Assembly: GCA_047495785.1 (NCBI GenBank)
Contig: JBLDXI010000043.1
Coordinates: 310,001 to 374,000, forward strand
Direction: 5' to 3'
Length of the DNA: 64,000 nucleotides
Origin: Lepidodermella squamata
Lineage: Eukaryota; Animalia; Gastrotricha
Below, piece after piece: positions 21,501-33,522 of the stretch (position 1 is its first letter; each line of letters starts with the position of its first letter). A program made the position numbers and the translations under genes. The notes under the pieces are model-generated. The model was not told the DNA's origin. It was given only the letters and a program-made list of their open reading frames with translations, and ran no database searches.

Positions 21501-24087
21501 TTAACTGGCTGCTCCAAATTGCTGCAGCGCCTCGATAACTTCGACGTTACTCAGCGACTGGGCAATTTTGAATGCAGTTTCGCCCTTCTCACTCCGCTGG
21601 TTGACGCTTGCCCGTTTCGTTAGTAGATATTTAACAATTTCCGCGCGATTCCACTGAGCCGCGACCATGAGAGGGGTCCAGCCGTCTTTATTCTTCAAAT
21701 CAACATCCGCAAGTGGCTGATCGACCTCATTTGTCTCAAACTCCGACAGCAGCTTAACACACTTTGACTGGTTCAAAGTAGCAGCGTAGTGAAGAGCTGT
21801 AAAGTTGTACTCGTTTTGAAAGTCGACGAATTTTTTCAGCTCACGAAGGGCTCGCATTCTATCAAGGCCTTTCTGCTGCATGCGAGCTCTTAGAACCAAC
21901 TCCATGATGTTACAGTTGCCCCGGAGGCTGAGGGCGTGCAGGCAGGTGTCGTTGGTTGAGACCGGCCAGCCTAGGATTGTGTTGCCGTGGATGCGACGGT
22001 CGTAGATCGTGCTGACTAGGGCGAGTGGGTCGCAAAAGGTGCCGGACAGATACTCTTCAACCACGCTCAGGTTACCTGAGCAGCAAGCAGCGTAGAACCC
22101 CTGGGAAGAGCAGTGGCAAGTAGTGAAAAAGAGATAGCTGGAAGTTACAAGGGAACATACCTTTTCTTGCTGCAAGACAGGCAGTGGCAGAACCTGAAAT
22201 AACAAACAAATTCAAAGTCAATAATTGTTTTGTAAATTGAACAGTTTTTATTTTTCTGATTTTTTTTAATTTGAGTTTTCGACCACGAGATTCTCATCAT
22301 CAGAAATTCTCAGCTACTAGAAACTAGAATACTGGAATTTATTTACTAGTGATTTCTTACTCGTTGAGGCCGAAATACACAAGTTCCAGGCTGCGTCCAA
22401 GTCGCATTCGCCTGGCATATAATCGTAGAAAATCCAACTATTTCAAACAACGGATCGCACAACAGCATTCGAGTTGCCCCAGCACTTGAAGACCCAGTTC
22501 CTATAATCCCATTGACAACGACTGGTGTTGGTCCACATGTAACTTCGGACTTGGCCGTTGTTACAATTCTAGTAGGCTCTTGTAGACACTGACCAGGTTT
22601 CGACCAATCTCCACTGGCTAAACATTGTATTCTATCAGATCCGGTCAAGCTGTAGCCGGAATCACAGACTATCGACCAATAGCTGACGGTATCGGTCGAA
22701 CTGTTCGAACTTAGAAGTCTTCCATTCGGAATCAAGGGTAAAAAGCCACATCCTGATAAATACGCAAACATTATTACGAGAGGAACCTGAGAATCTCTTA
22801 CTTATCGGTTGACATCTCCCGGCAATTGAGGGTCGGAAAGGAGGGAAGCAAACCACAGATATGATTTTAGATGAATAGGAATAACCAGCTTTGCAGCGTA
22901 TCAACAAAGCTTGGCCTACGTCAACAATAGTCCCAACTGCAGTTACGTTCCCCGTATCGTCACCCGAATCAGGGTCCAATTTTGTGAATTGACCATTTTC
23001 GAGGAAAGGAACCATGCAACTACCCCTGGTTGTCGATGGCGGCGTAGGACGTTGCGTAGTAGTTGTTGTTGTAGTTGCTGTAGTTGTCGTAGTAGTGCTT
23101 GTAGTTGTCGAGGTGGATGTAGTTGGGATTTCAATGTCTGTATTCACTAGGATCCAATCGATCACCCTACAAACGGGGCTGAACACCCTGGGCGCAGGGC
23201 CTTCAATAGTACCGTCGACGAATGAAGTAACGCCGAATAGCCTTAGCTCGCCGGAATTCGTGCACATGAGCGGACCACCGGCATCTCCATCACATGCATC
23301 GACTCTTCCGATCAAACAAGTTTGCGTGGCAGTCCCGCCCCATGTTAACGAGCTTTTCGATCTGAAGGCAGAACAATTCTGGCTTTGTTGAATGTTCACA
23401 TTAGTTTTTCTCAGGACATCGGAGAGACAATCTAAACAAGCTCGGATGAGAAGACAGGAGAAGAATGAAAATATTGGTATCTTACTGAGGCCTTCAAATC
23501 CCCAACCAACTGTAGTGGCATTGCCGCAGTAATCCAAGGCACTGCAGGACCTCGGGAAATCAGGGAATCGAATTGGCCTAATTTTATCGTTAATCGGGGT
23601 TGGCTTTCGAAGTTTGACAAGTGCAAAATCGAAATCATTTCGATTGCCAACTGAGTTGTAGTCGAAATGCACGATAGGTGGAAGGGCAGCAAAAATCTCC
23701 TCTGATCCGCCTTCAAACCTCAGACTCATCGAGTGTCGGCCGAGAAAAGCTCTTAGACTGCAAAAAGCAGGTACATTAATCTAATGAAGCCATTTTTCAC
23801 TTACAGTGTTGGAAAGGATCCATTCCTGGAGACGCAATGAGCAGCTGTGATGAGCCAAGCTCTCGATAGTAAAGTAGCCCCACAAAAACTTGGCTGGTCG
23901 TCTTCGGGAAAGGCAATTTCCAGGAATGCCATCCACGGGAACTCGTTAGGCTGCGCATTCTCACCGGCGTTTGAAAAATCCTGAGAACAACACAATTATT
24001 CTGGCCCAAGATAACGAAAGGCAACAAAACTTGGATTGCTATCAAAATCGCGAGCAAAGCTGCCAGCAAATTGGCTTTGTTAGTCAT
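21501..24087 (-). CDS. Fusion gene B: signal peptide - inactive trypsin-like domain - Thr-rich linker - 3x CCP - ankyrin repeats
   Basis: MTNKANLLAALLAILIAIQ|DFSNAGENAQPNEFPWMAFL..FCGATLLSRAWLITAAHC, DFDFALVKL, DACDGDAGGPLMC, poly-Thr, three CCPs. The donor after FRPQR (intron 22360-22194) leads to a 33-nt exon VLPLPVLQQEK (22193-22161), intron 22160-22101, then the ankyrin exon to the stop at 21501. Confidence 0.86.
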
Positions 24088-24511
24088 TGCCGTGTTTCCC
24101 CAGTGCCAAAGAATGTCAATTGTTAAGCCAGTGGTCAGAAGTTAATATATAGCTACTACTTGCCTGGCGTGTGTTTAGCCACTGTATAACGAGTTGTAGT
24201 AGTATGAGATTAGTAGTATGTATAGTAGTAGTGGCTAGGCGTTTATGAGATGACAGCTAAGGAAATAACAAATGCATCAAATAATTAGCGTGTTATCACG
24301 TGTGTGAAATGCATATTATTAGTTGACTAAATTGCCAAAACAACAACTGGCCATCTCAACTCATACTCGGTCAGTACCTGGTTCATAGGCTCGAACATCG
24401 GATACGTTAGGTTACTCAAAAATTGATTTATTATGTCATAAAACAAGATTCTTCTAACTGAAAGAAAGCTTTGATTTTCGTGCTATAGTGTTTTGTGGAT
24501 TTTGATTCGCC

Positions 24512-26834
24512 TCAAGAGATGATCTGCGATCCCTGACGTGAGCAAGGCGCTGGTTGTTCAGTTGTTTCATTCGCCACCTGAGCTGTAATCGCGGGTTCAA
24601 CTTGCGGCTGAGATTCATTTCTAGGGGTAGGCGGTCCTGGTTTTCGACCAGCAACTCCTACTACAACAGGGCCAGTTACAATCGTGGCGCCTTCAGGGTG
24701 CTCCTTCTCCCATTCAACGATCATTTCGGCAGTTCGAGCTTTAACTGGGATGGTTTGTAGGATGACCTTTTTGAAGGGCGGACAGTTCGATGAAGTCCTG
24801 ATGAAGTCGAGAAATTGGAGGAGAGAGTTCTCAGTGAGCAAGTTGCCATCAAGCTAGAAAAAATCATAGATTAAAACTTGACCAAAATTTCAAGGAATTT
24901 TTTGATATGGGAATGCGCAATAACTGTTAGAAGATTTAGAGCTTACATTGAGTTGTTCCAGAGCGTCATTTCTAGCGAGTCCCTGCCCAATCAAAATGGG
25001 CGTGCTCTTATCTGACAAGCGACTACAAGTTATCTCTAGCGAAGTCATCACATGGTTCGTCTGCAGCATCTCCGCAATATTCAGCGCAACTGAATCATCT
25101 GTGCCATTAGCTGTCAACGAGAAATGCCTCACGCCCAAGTTCTTCTTCAGCCCATTGAATACTAAGCGACAGCCTAGTGGCATGAAATTGTTCCATGACA
25201 AATTGAAATCTTCTATAGAGTCGTTGTATCGAAGTGAGTTGGCGATTTCATCAGCTGCTCCGTCGCTGAGTTTGTTGCGGGACAGATTGAGGGATTTGAG
25301 AGTGAAGGTCACTTCGAGGATAGCACCGAGATCTCGACCAGCTCGGTCGTCGAGGGAATTGCCGGATAGATTTATCGAGACGATATTACGATCTGAAGAA
25401 ATATATCATAGGTAGAATCCATAAAAATTCATTTTCTTCCAATCATCGGGTTCAAACAGCTTGATTTTCAGTGTTCAGTATTCAGTTCAAAATTGTATAA
25501 ACTGAAACTAAAACAGTCTCTCCGTATTTAGATTCATCATTCAGCCCTAATTAAAACAACTCATTTTCACTCGCATTTGGAATGTTTTGCATAAGCCAAA
25601 TAATGTAAATGATGCAACACTGCGTCATTTACCTGATAGCGTATGAAAGGCGAACACGGAAGGTATTTTACGAAGGGGACATAGCTTAGCGGGAAAGCGT
25701 TCGGCTGCAAACCGAAAGAACCCCGGTTCAAATCCGGGTGTTCCCTATGCTACTTTTTCCCCATATCTTTTTGCCAATTTTTTTGTTTTAATTTTGACTG
25801 TGTGGAGGTATTTTGAATAAAACCGTGTTATTCTAGGACAAAAAATCAGTCACCGTTCAGAAATAAAGGATATTTGAGGCAGTGGTTTGCCATTTTTAGC
25901 ATATTTTGGTGATTTTGGTGATTTTGCTTTATTTTTGGCGATCGAAAACATTCTTGCTTGAAGTTAAACAATCAGCAAGTAAATTTGAACGCTCATTTAA
26001 CATTTAACATAAAATCCAGGTACAAAGGTTGCCCTTTCAAAAATTACCCTGATGGGCTACGGTATACTACGGAATCGTTTCTTTTCTTCGAAAAATCCTA
26101 GCACCAGTTTCTTGGATAATCGATAGCAGGAGCTCATCTTTATTTCTTCCGTACCCAATTATCCCATTTACTCATTTTTCAAAAGATAAATGCTTACTTA
26201 TGGCAACAAGTTCTGCGACAAGAGCACACACGCCATTGCCCAGATGGTTATCAGCCAGACTCAGATCTCGAACAGCCACATTTTCCTTCAACGCTGTTAG
26301 CAACCACTTCGCACCATCGATTCCAATCGAGTTATCATCCAGCTTCAGACTCGTAATATTCGCATTGGTATGCAGCGCCAGACACAACGGCCTCAAATCG
26401 TTCGAATCAATCACACGATGGCTGAGATTCAACTCTTCAGTCGCCAATTGCCGGACAGCAATGTTCATCGGAATTAAATTGTTCTGCTTTGTCGCGTTTA
26501 GGTAGGTCTCGCGGCCCCAGACGTCAAACTCGCGCTTACTCCGTTCTTCCATCTCGCGTTTAATATCCAGTTTTGTCTCGAAGAACGAACTTTTCCGCCC
26601 AGCCATTTGCAACGCGACTGGTAGAGGGTTTTTGTTGTTGATTGTCACAGCGGTTACTTGACTTTCGATGAAACTCTCCGGAACACTTTCAGTCATAGAA
26701 ACACGCTTTGAGACATTTTCAGAATTTTCGCCGTCTTTCTGCTCAGGGTCGCTTACGGGCAGCTGCTCAGCAGCTTCCTGAGATTCAGAGTTCGGTGGGA
26801 TAGCTGCTGGAGCTTCCTCGGTTGCAGCCTCCAT
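24512..26834 (-). CDS. Leucine-rich repeat protein, LRRC74-like (exons 26834-26198, 25392-24947, 24853-24512)
   Basis: RI-like LRRs (ELNLSHR, SLKLDDNSIG, DLSLADNHLG, SINLSGNSL, SLNLSRNKL, DFNLSWNNF). The YL....N.IP....RQL...ELNLSH lead-in resembles LRRC74A/B. Introns are phase-consistent. Confidence 0.8.
25675..25746 (+). tRNA. tRNA-Cys(GCA), in intron 1 of the LRR gene on the opposite strand
   Basis: GGGGACA TA GCTT AGCGGGA AAGC G TTCGG CTGCAAA CCGAA AGAAC CCCGG TTCAAAT CCGGG TGTTCCC T folds into a cloverleaf with anticodon GCA and discriminator U. An oligo-T Pol III terminator lies just downstream. Confidence 0.93.
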
Positions 26835-28439
26835 TGAAGTTTTGGTAGCTTATAAGAATTATGGTAGTTCTCTTATTTTGGACGTGTCGAACGCAGCTTA
26901 AAATAATGCGATTTTTCACGCCGCGGGAAAAATCAATGCGCCGCAAAACAATTGAAGCACTCGCATGTGCGGCGTTTCCAGGCGACGCGAGATTGAATCG
27001 ATGAGATGGCTTCCGGTCGGTACTCTTTTGTCGATTTATGCTCGCCATTTACAGACGCTTGTTTTTCACGGCAGGAAAGCTGCGATGGTTGTAATTAGCC
27101 ACCTGTCAAATTGTTTTTTCTTCTTCCTTTGTGTTATTGCGAGAATGGCAGCGGCGAAAAAGTGGAGTGTGCTCATCGTTGCTAACGTAGATGTGCACTT
27201 GAAGGAATAATGAATTCTTACCCTAGCTGCGAAAATAGGGCGATCGAAACGCTAGTGGATAAATAAGCCTAAAGCCTCGATGCATGAGAATGCAGAGCAA
27301 ATAACCTGAACCAATTAACAACTTTGATGATGGTCAACTTAACAGGAACTTGAAGACGAAGCATGAAGATCGCAAAATCGAACTTTTTTAACGCGATTTT
27401 TTGGCCCAAATTCATGGCTATTTTTGTTCTGGCTTGAAAATAATGAGTTTTCAGTGCTGAAATATCACATTTTCACTCATTCCTTTACTTTGAAATGCCA
27501 AAATGCGCATTCCAGCGGAAATTCCGCGATTGTGCAATCTTGATGTCCCGTAAACATCACTAGAAAAATGTGTTATCGCGCACTAGTACCGCAATAATTC
27601 CGGTTAGGAGAATTGGATTGTTGATTGTTTGGTCTCAAAAGACTTGTGAGGTCATCAGCTTTCTAACGGAATAGGGCTCATGATTAGGCCATTGGCGGTT
27701 TATGCTGAATATGGTTTCGAAAAATTGTCGAAAATTGGATTTTTTAAGCGCGATTGCAATTCATTCTTTTAACGATTGTTATTGACTCCCTAATCCGTTT
27801 TCAAAAATTCCACCTGCAGAAAAATTCCCAAAATCAGGGCTACAAATTGATATAAGTTTGTTAAAATATTCTCGGAAATAAGAAAACTGTTGAGTTTTAA
27901 AGTTTAAACAAAATTATGCCGCATACTTTATTTGCGATTGATATATTGCGCTTTTAACCGTTTATCGCCCATCCACCCCGAGGAAGGAAAGTAGATTACA
28001 GATCTTGAGGATCTTGAGGAAAGTAGATTACAGTGAGTTTATGGTTGTTAGGATACTTGACATAAATTTACCATAGCTTAAATAAATAAATTTTTGTTCA
28101 AGAAATACGTTCCTTTTTGTAAAATGATGAAGGGTTTTTTGGAGATCAATAGCAAATTCACTGTAAATGGCTGTTCCGGTGGTTAATTGGTTTTCTTCAC
28201 ATTTTGCATTATTGCTGCAGTAGAGGCTGCTCTGGTATCATCTGCATGGCATAAAATTTTGTTTATCATTACTCATGAATATTTGTACTATCAACCAAAA
28301 CATCTGAAGAATGTGGCTGATAAGATAAGCCTGTAATAAACTTTAAAACAATCATTTGTTAAGATAACTTGGCACAACACAACAGCTCACTACTTTGCTA
28401 CCACATATGTAGAGCCCAGTGCAGAAATTCAATCCGAAA

Positions 28440-29650
28440 ATGAAGGCCGGTCTATACGAAGCAGAAAAGCCAGCGTCCTATGCACCAGGCGCCGTTCTCA
28501 TGGTCTTCGCGTTTCTGTTTTTCGCCAGCGGAGCTACAGTCATATCAATACAGCGATACCTCCGACTGCCGGTGTTCTCGGACAAACTCGAATTTCTAGG
28601 TCCAGTCTTGCTCGCCATGTTCTTCGCCTGCTTCGGCAGTGCGTCTTACCTGTTCTACCGAACGAGGCGGAATAACGCGAAACTCATCAAACAAGCACTT
28701 TTGAGAGGCCCGGAGGTTCAGCGCATCGTCTACGATGAATACGGAAATGTCGTAGAGGACGAAGAAATTCAAGCAGCTGGAGGAGTCTGGTTGAAGAGGG
28801 AGCAGGACACAAAACGGTTGTCTAATCTTTCATCCGATGACAGTGAAGATGGGCCAAGGTATGGAGAGTACTACAACGCGCCCTATCGTGTCTACCATCC
28901 CAAACGCCCTCGTAATGACGTTTATGACCTAATCAAAGCCCATTACATGAGTAAGTTTTCATCTTTTCTGTAATTTTTGTCCATTTTTGTCCTCTTTTAG
29001 GGTTCTACCAGTCTCCTCCTAGTGCTGATTCGGACCTTGGACCCCCTGGCCCAATGCCAAGGGTCGATTATTCCAAAATTTCAGTAAAGCCTCAACCAGG
29101 TGACGGTTTACCAAAGCATTCAACAGGAGGCTCGATCCATGAAGCGGATTCAATCAGCGAAATCAACTTTCCGTCATTCCCAATCATGCCGCCGAGTCGT
29201 AGGATGACAGCTGAAAGCCGACGGTCAGCTCTGATCAAGCCAGCCTCTCATCCTAAAGTAACGCCTCAAGGATCAGGAGATTCGAAGCTGCCATCGATTT
29301 TTGCCGCTGGTCGGTCACGAAAATCGACGGTTGTCTACGAGGATGAAGAGCCGGTTGAGACGGATGACATTTCGTCTGCGTCTTCGATCATGGGTGGTGG
29401 GACTGGGGATCGATTTACCCCGAGGCCGTCTCATGCTACTTTGGCGCCCCGGACTTCAGTTGCTGCAATGCCAATCAGCCATCAGCCAAGTATGGGAATC
29501 GGGGCGTCTCAGGCTAATACGTCATCGAGACAGCGGCCTAAAATTTCGGGGATGATGTCGTTAGGTGCAAATTCGAATGGCAGCTCAGCGAACGAAGCGA
29601 ACATGACCACCCCGACCACTGAGAAGCATATTTCGTTTATGCCAATGTGA
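28440..29650 (+). CDS. Two-TM protein (PIRT/TMEM100-like hairpin) with a long disordered Ser/Pro-rich C-tail (exons 28440-28950, 29001-29650)
   Basis: Hydrophobic segments GAVLMVFAFLFFASGATVISI and FLGPVLLAMFFACFGSASYLFY followed by basic RTRR. A 50-nt GT-AG intron joins the ORFs in frame; AATAAA follows the stop. The family call is tentative. Confidence 0.7.
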
Positions 29651-29752
29651 ACAAATTATTGAATAAAAACATTTTTTGGGTTGAAATGGTTACATGAAAA
29701 ACTGAATATCCATTATCGTGAATCTGTATCTTAAAAATTAGGATTTTCGCTT

Positions 29753-30320
29753 TCATGTGATCTCTAGCTTTGCACCAACTGAGTTCGTGCTCACGTTCGA
29801 ATATGAACAGCTTCCTAAATTTGTATTGCCGACGTTCATGGCTCCAGCTAATAAGACATGGCTACGATGCCACCGACGTTCAGATATCCCCAAAAGCGTC
29901 ATTAAATCGCAGCGAAGTTCGTGTGAGCTAATCACCGTATAGCTGCGTCCAACGTCCGTAATTGTAAATGAACGTTGGCAATCTGGCAACAACAAAACCG
30001 CGCAAGCTTCAATTGCCACATAATGCAGAAACACTTGAAGATTATAATGCTTAGAGAATAATGCGTCAATAATGTCCTTTGCGTATTCATGTTGACACTT
30101 TATTCGATCTTCGATGAATTTTAAAACGATAAAAACGGCATCACTTCCATTCACCATTGTTGACAATGCTACTCCGTCGGAAACGCTGAAGTAATAGATA
30201 TCCTATGAACTGTGACTGAAAAATCTTGAAAATAGGTTTGAAAATTGCCTGATTTACCTGGATCCTGGTGACACGTAGTGCAGATTGAAATGTCTTACAA
30301 AGCCTAATCAGTTCATTTCC
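29753..30320 (-). CDS. Possible small gene of unknown function (partial model)
   Basis: Open frame DIYYFSVSDG...AKLEIT* is preceded by a plausible acceptor, with an upstream exon-like stretch (GNELIRLCKTFQSALRVTRIQ|gtaaat). No recognisable domain. Confidence 0.35.
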
Positions 30321-30572
30321 TGTGCGTATTTGAGCGCGTGCGGAGTGTTAATAACCAGACCTCCCGCGTGATTTTTTTGACGAAGAAAAATGAAGAAAAA
30401 CATTTTATCCAGTTCGGGCTTTGAATCAGATGTTGCTTTAGTCATATCAGATGTCATCAATTTCTTTCGTCGCAGTAGGAAGATTGCTAGTTACTTTTGC
30501 AGTGAAACATGATTACGACAAATATATTTTCGCACCAACTGTCATTTTCTAGTTTCCTAGATTGTACTGAAA

Positions 30573-32873
30573 ATGAGGACTTCATACAAATTAATCTTTC
30601 AGGCTTGCCTTATTCCTCTGCTGCATTGCAATACACTCCGTGATCTTTCAATGCCTGTATTCATACCATTTACGGGTAACTCACCTCGCGATGGCAGCAT
30701 GTGCAGAGCAGCGATGCAAATTGCGATAAACGCCGCCAACAGTCGCTCGGATGTTTTGCCTAGCATAATGCTAAACCCTCAGTATGAAGACGAGGGACAT
30801 CTGGGAGAAAAAGTTCATGAAAAAGTTCTCAATTTCTACTCCGGAGGCAACCATACGTTCAAGTCTCCGCTAGTGGTGGGTCCTTATTTTACGGTGGGGT
30901 TCATTATGTTTCTCTGAGGTTTTGCATTACTTTTTAATCTATAGGCTGGCTGCAGACGACTTGGATCGATCCTCGAATACACTAAATTGGTAGCTATAAA
31001 CACGAACTGCGCCGGATCAATGGAACACTCTGGCTTGAAACGTTATGCCAATATGTACCGACCCCGTCCATCTTCCGAGTTGGCTGCCTTTGTAACTCTA
31101 CGACTGATCAAGGACATTAATCGCTGGGCGAAAGTCGCGATTATTGGGCGCATCGACAACTATCGAGATTTTGAAGATCTTATCAGCACCAACCGGCTGC
31201 TAATCAACAACGGAATTCAAGTCAAGTGGTTGGAAGGCGTTGAAGAGATGATTGAAGATTGGATATTCAAATCCCTGAAACAGTCGAATCTTCGAATAAT
31301 CATTGTTCAAATAACAGTCATTGAGGAGCTAATCAGATTCTTTTGCTCAAGTTACAAATTCGGCATTACTGGTCCGCACTTTGCTTTTATTGTCCAAATG
31401 AGTGCGATTTTCCAAATTGAAGAAATTGCGAATGGTTCCTGCAGCCGAGATGTTATCCAGAAACAAGTGGAAATTACCTTCTGGGTCGGAGCTAAGATTT
31501 TCGCTGTTGAAAACCACGGGAAGACTGACCTTGGTTATGATTTGTCTGAATTTGAGCGAAGGTTTGATGATTTAACAAATTCATCCCGAAAGTCTGGTTA
31601 CATCGAGCGGCATCTGTGTCACGACGCTATGCTTCAAGCTATTTTGACCCTGGATCAAGCGAACAAGTCTCTTATGGGCCAGAATCTTACAATTCTCGAT
31701 TATGCACCACAGCCGAGCTTGGTTGAATCTATTACAAACAGGAGTGCTGGAAATATTGATTTTCATGGGCTGAGAAACAGCCGTTATAAGTATTCACAGC
31801 GTCTCGAGCTGGACGACGAGCCGCTAAGTGTATTCAAATGGAACAGCTCGGTTGGCTACTCTCTTCTCTACGAATTTCGTCGCAACTCAAGCGATGCAGA
31901 AGGCTTGATTTTGCTTAAAATATCCGAGGAGGAGCCATCGATTCGCGACGGTCCGCTAGTCGTACTTTTGCCTACAGATACCGTCATCAATCAACGAATT
32001 TCTGAAGTATTCGGCGCAATTCTGATTCTTCTGAATTGTTCACTCATTTTGTTGCTCGCAAAGTCAGCGATTGGCATTAAACAGTTCAGTGAATGATTTC
32101 TCCTTCTCAATTTCATCGCCTTGGACATTTCTGCTATCTTACTGATTGAAATCGAATCTGGTCATATTGCCTGTGTTTCAGTGAGCATTTTGGCATCCTT
32201 GAGTTTGAGCAACATTCATAGCATGATTTTGTCTCAGTTGATTGTGATTCGAAGGAAATTACGGCCTAAGACTACACAAAAATCACGCCGGAACACCAAA
32301 TCCAAGCTTGGTGTTCCGCAGAGTTCTGAGTTGTCCAAACGAGACAATTTAACGTCTTCGATATTGTGTTTTGGAATGCTAGCGCTCCTCATAATATTGC
32401 TAATTTCACAGCATCTTGTTGAGCCGATACGTGCCGAGATGCGATTTTTAGAAACGACCTACAACGCAACAAATGATTCATTTCTTACACATTATTTCAC
32501 CAGTTGTTCAAGCACTAGTTCGATTTTTTCCAATCTCCTGGTGGCCGCTAATGGACTGGCCATATTGATATCGGGAATTCTAGCCTTCTCCGTTCACCGA
32601 AAGCACAGTTCCGCTTCGATAGCTATGGTCAAAAATTTGGTTTATGCTTCGATCAGCAGCTTGACTTGGCTTGTTGCTTTTGTCTTCGTTGAATTTATGA
32701 TCGCAGGGTCGCGCTATGAATTCTTGATTCTATCACCAATGCTTCTTTGCTACTCGCTTATTTCGGGTTGCATACTGTTGTGGCAACGTCAACTTCAGCT
32801 TTATAAGGCTGTTGAAGCGACGACTCGGAGGTTACTTGGTGCAGGGGTAATTAGGAAGGTGACTTGCCGTTGA
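30573..32873 (+). pseudogene. Divergent class C (GABA-B-like) GPCR: Venus-flytrap/ANF-receptor ectodomain plus TM region, with an in-frame TGA at 32094-32096 (intron 30894-30944)
   Basis: Signal-like N-terminus; VFIPFTG..AAMQIAINAANSRSDVLP; YANMYRPRPS; RWAKVAII; LKQSNLRIIIV; FCSSYKFGITGPHFAFI; HDAMLQAILTL; then multiple TM segments. The frame continues across a single TGA. Confidence 0.75.
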
Positions 32874-33522
32874 ACAGTGAGCACGTTTTAGAAAAAGCAG
32901 ACATAGGCTTTCAGTGGAATTCGCAGACCTTCCTCTGCGGGCTATGTACGATTCCCCATATTATCTCCTCCAGTATTCAAACATTTAAACTCAGAACTCA
33001 GAAGTCTAAAAACCCTTAATCAGTCCGCGAAGTAGGATCCGGGAGCTGTGGTGTTTCCTACTTGTTTTCTAGGACCCAGCCGAAGAAACCCAAGGGCACA
33101 TTCTGTGGTTTTTTCAGCCTTCCTCTGTTTGGATTCCCGGAGTTAGAATGTCGCGACATGCCAGAACCCAGAACCCCTGTACTTCGCACCCTGCTCTTAA
33201 TGGACCAGTCAAAGTTCCATGAAATCCCTCAGTGTACGCAGTAGGATCCTCGAACTGTGGGGTATTTTCGAGCTCAAATTTTACGACCAAAGCCCCCTGT
33301 GGTTTTTTTGGGGATTCTCCATGTTGACCTTGTTAACTGGGGGGTACGATACCCCTCATCCCTCGCCTCACTCCCTCCTTCCCGTACTTCGCGCACGGAA
33401 TGAAAATGGTTCGTTCTCTCTACTGATTTTGCTTGTTGTTGAATGAGATGGTGATATTAAAAAATCAAATTAAAAATGTACTCGTTACTTATTTATTGAA
33501 AAAGGTGCCTAAGAGAACGGTG

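Noticed and set aside
23014-23391. Val-rich TM-like ORF and poly-Gln ORF
   Set aside because: Alternative-frame or antisense readings of the poly-Thr linker in fusion gene B.
32094-32096. Selenocysteine recoding of the TGA
   Set aside because: No redox-motif context and no SECIS recognised by eye; a nonsense mutation or base error is simpler.
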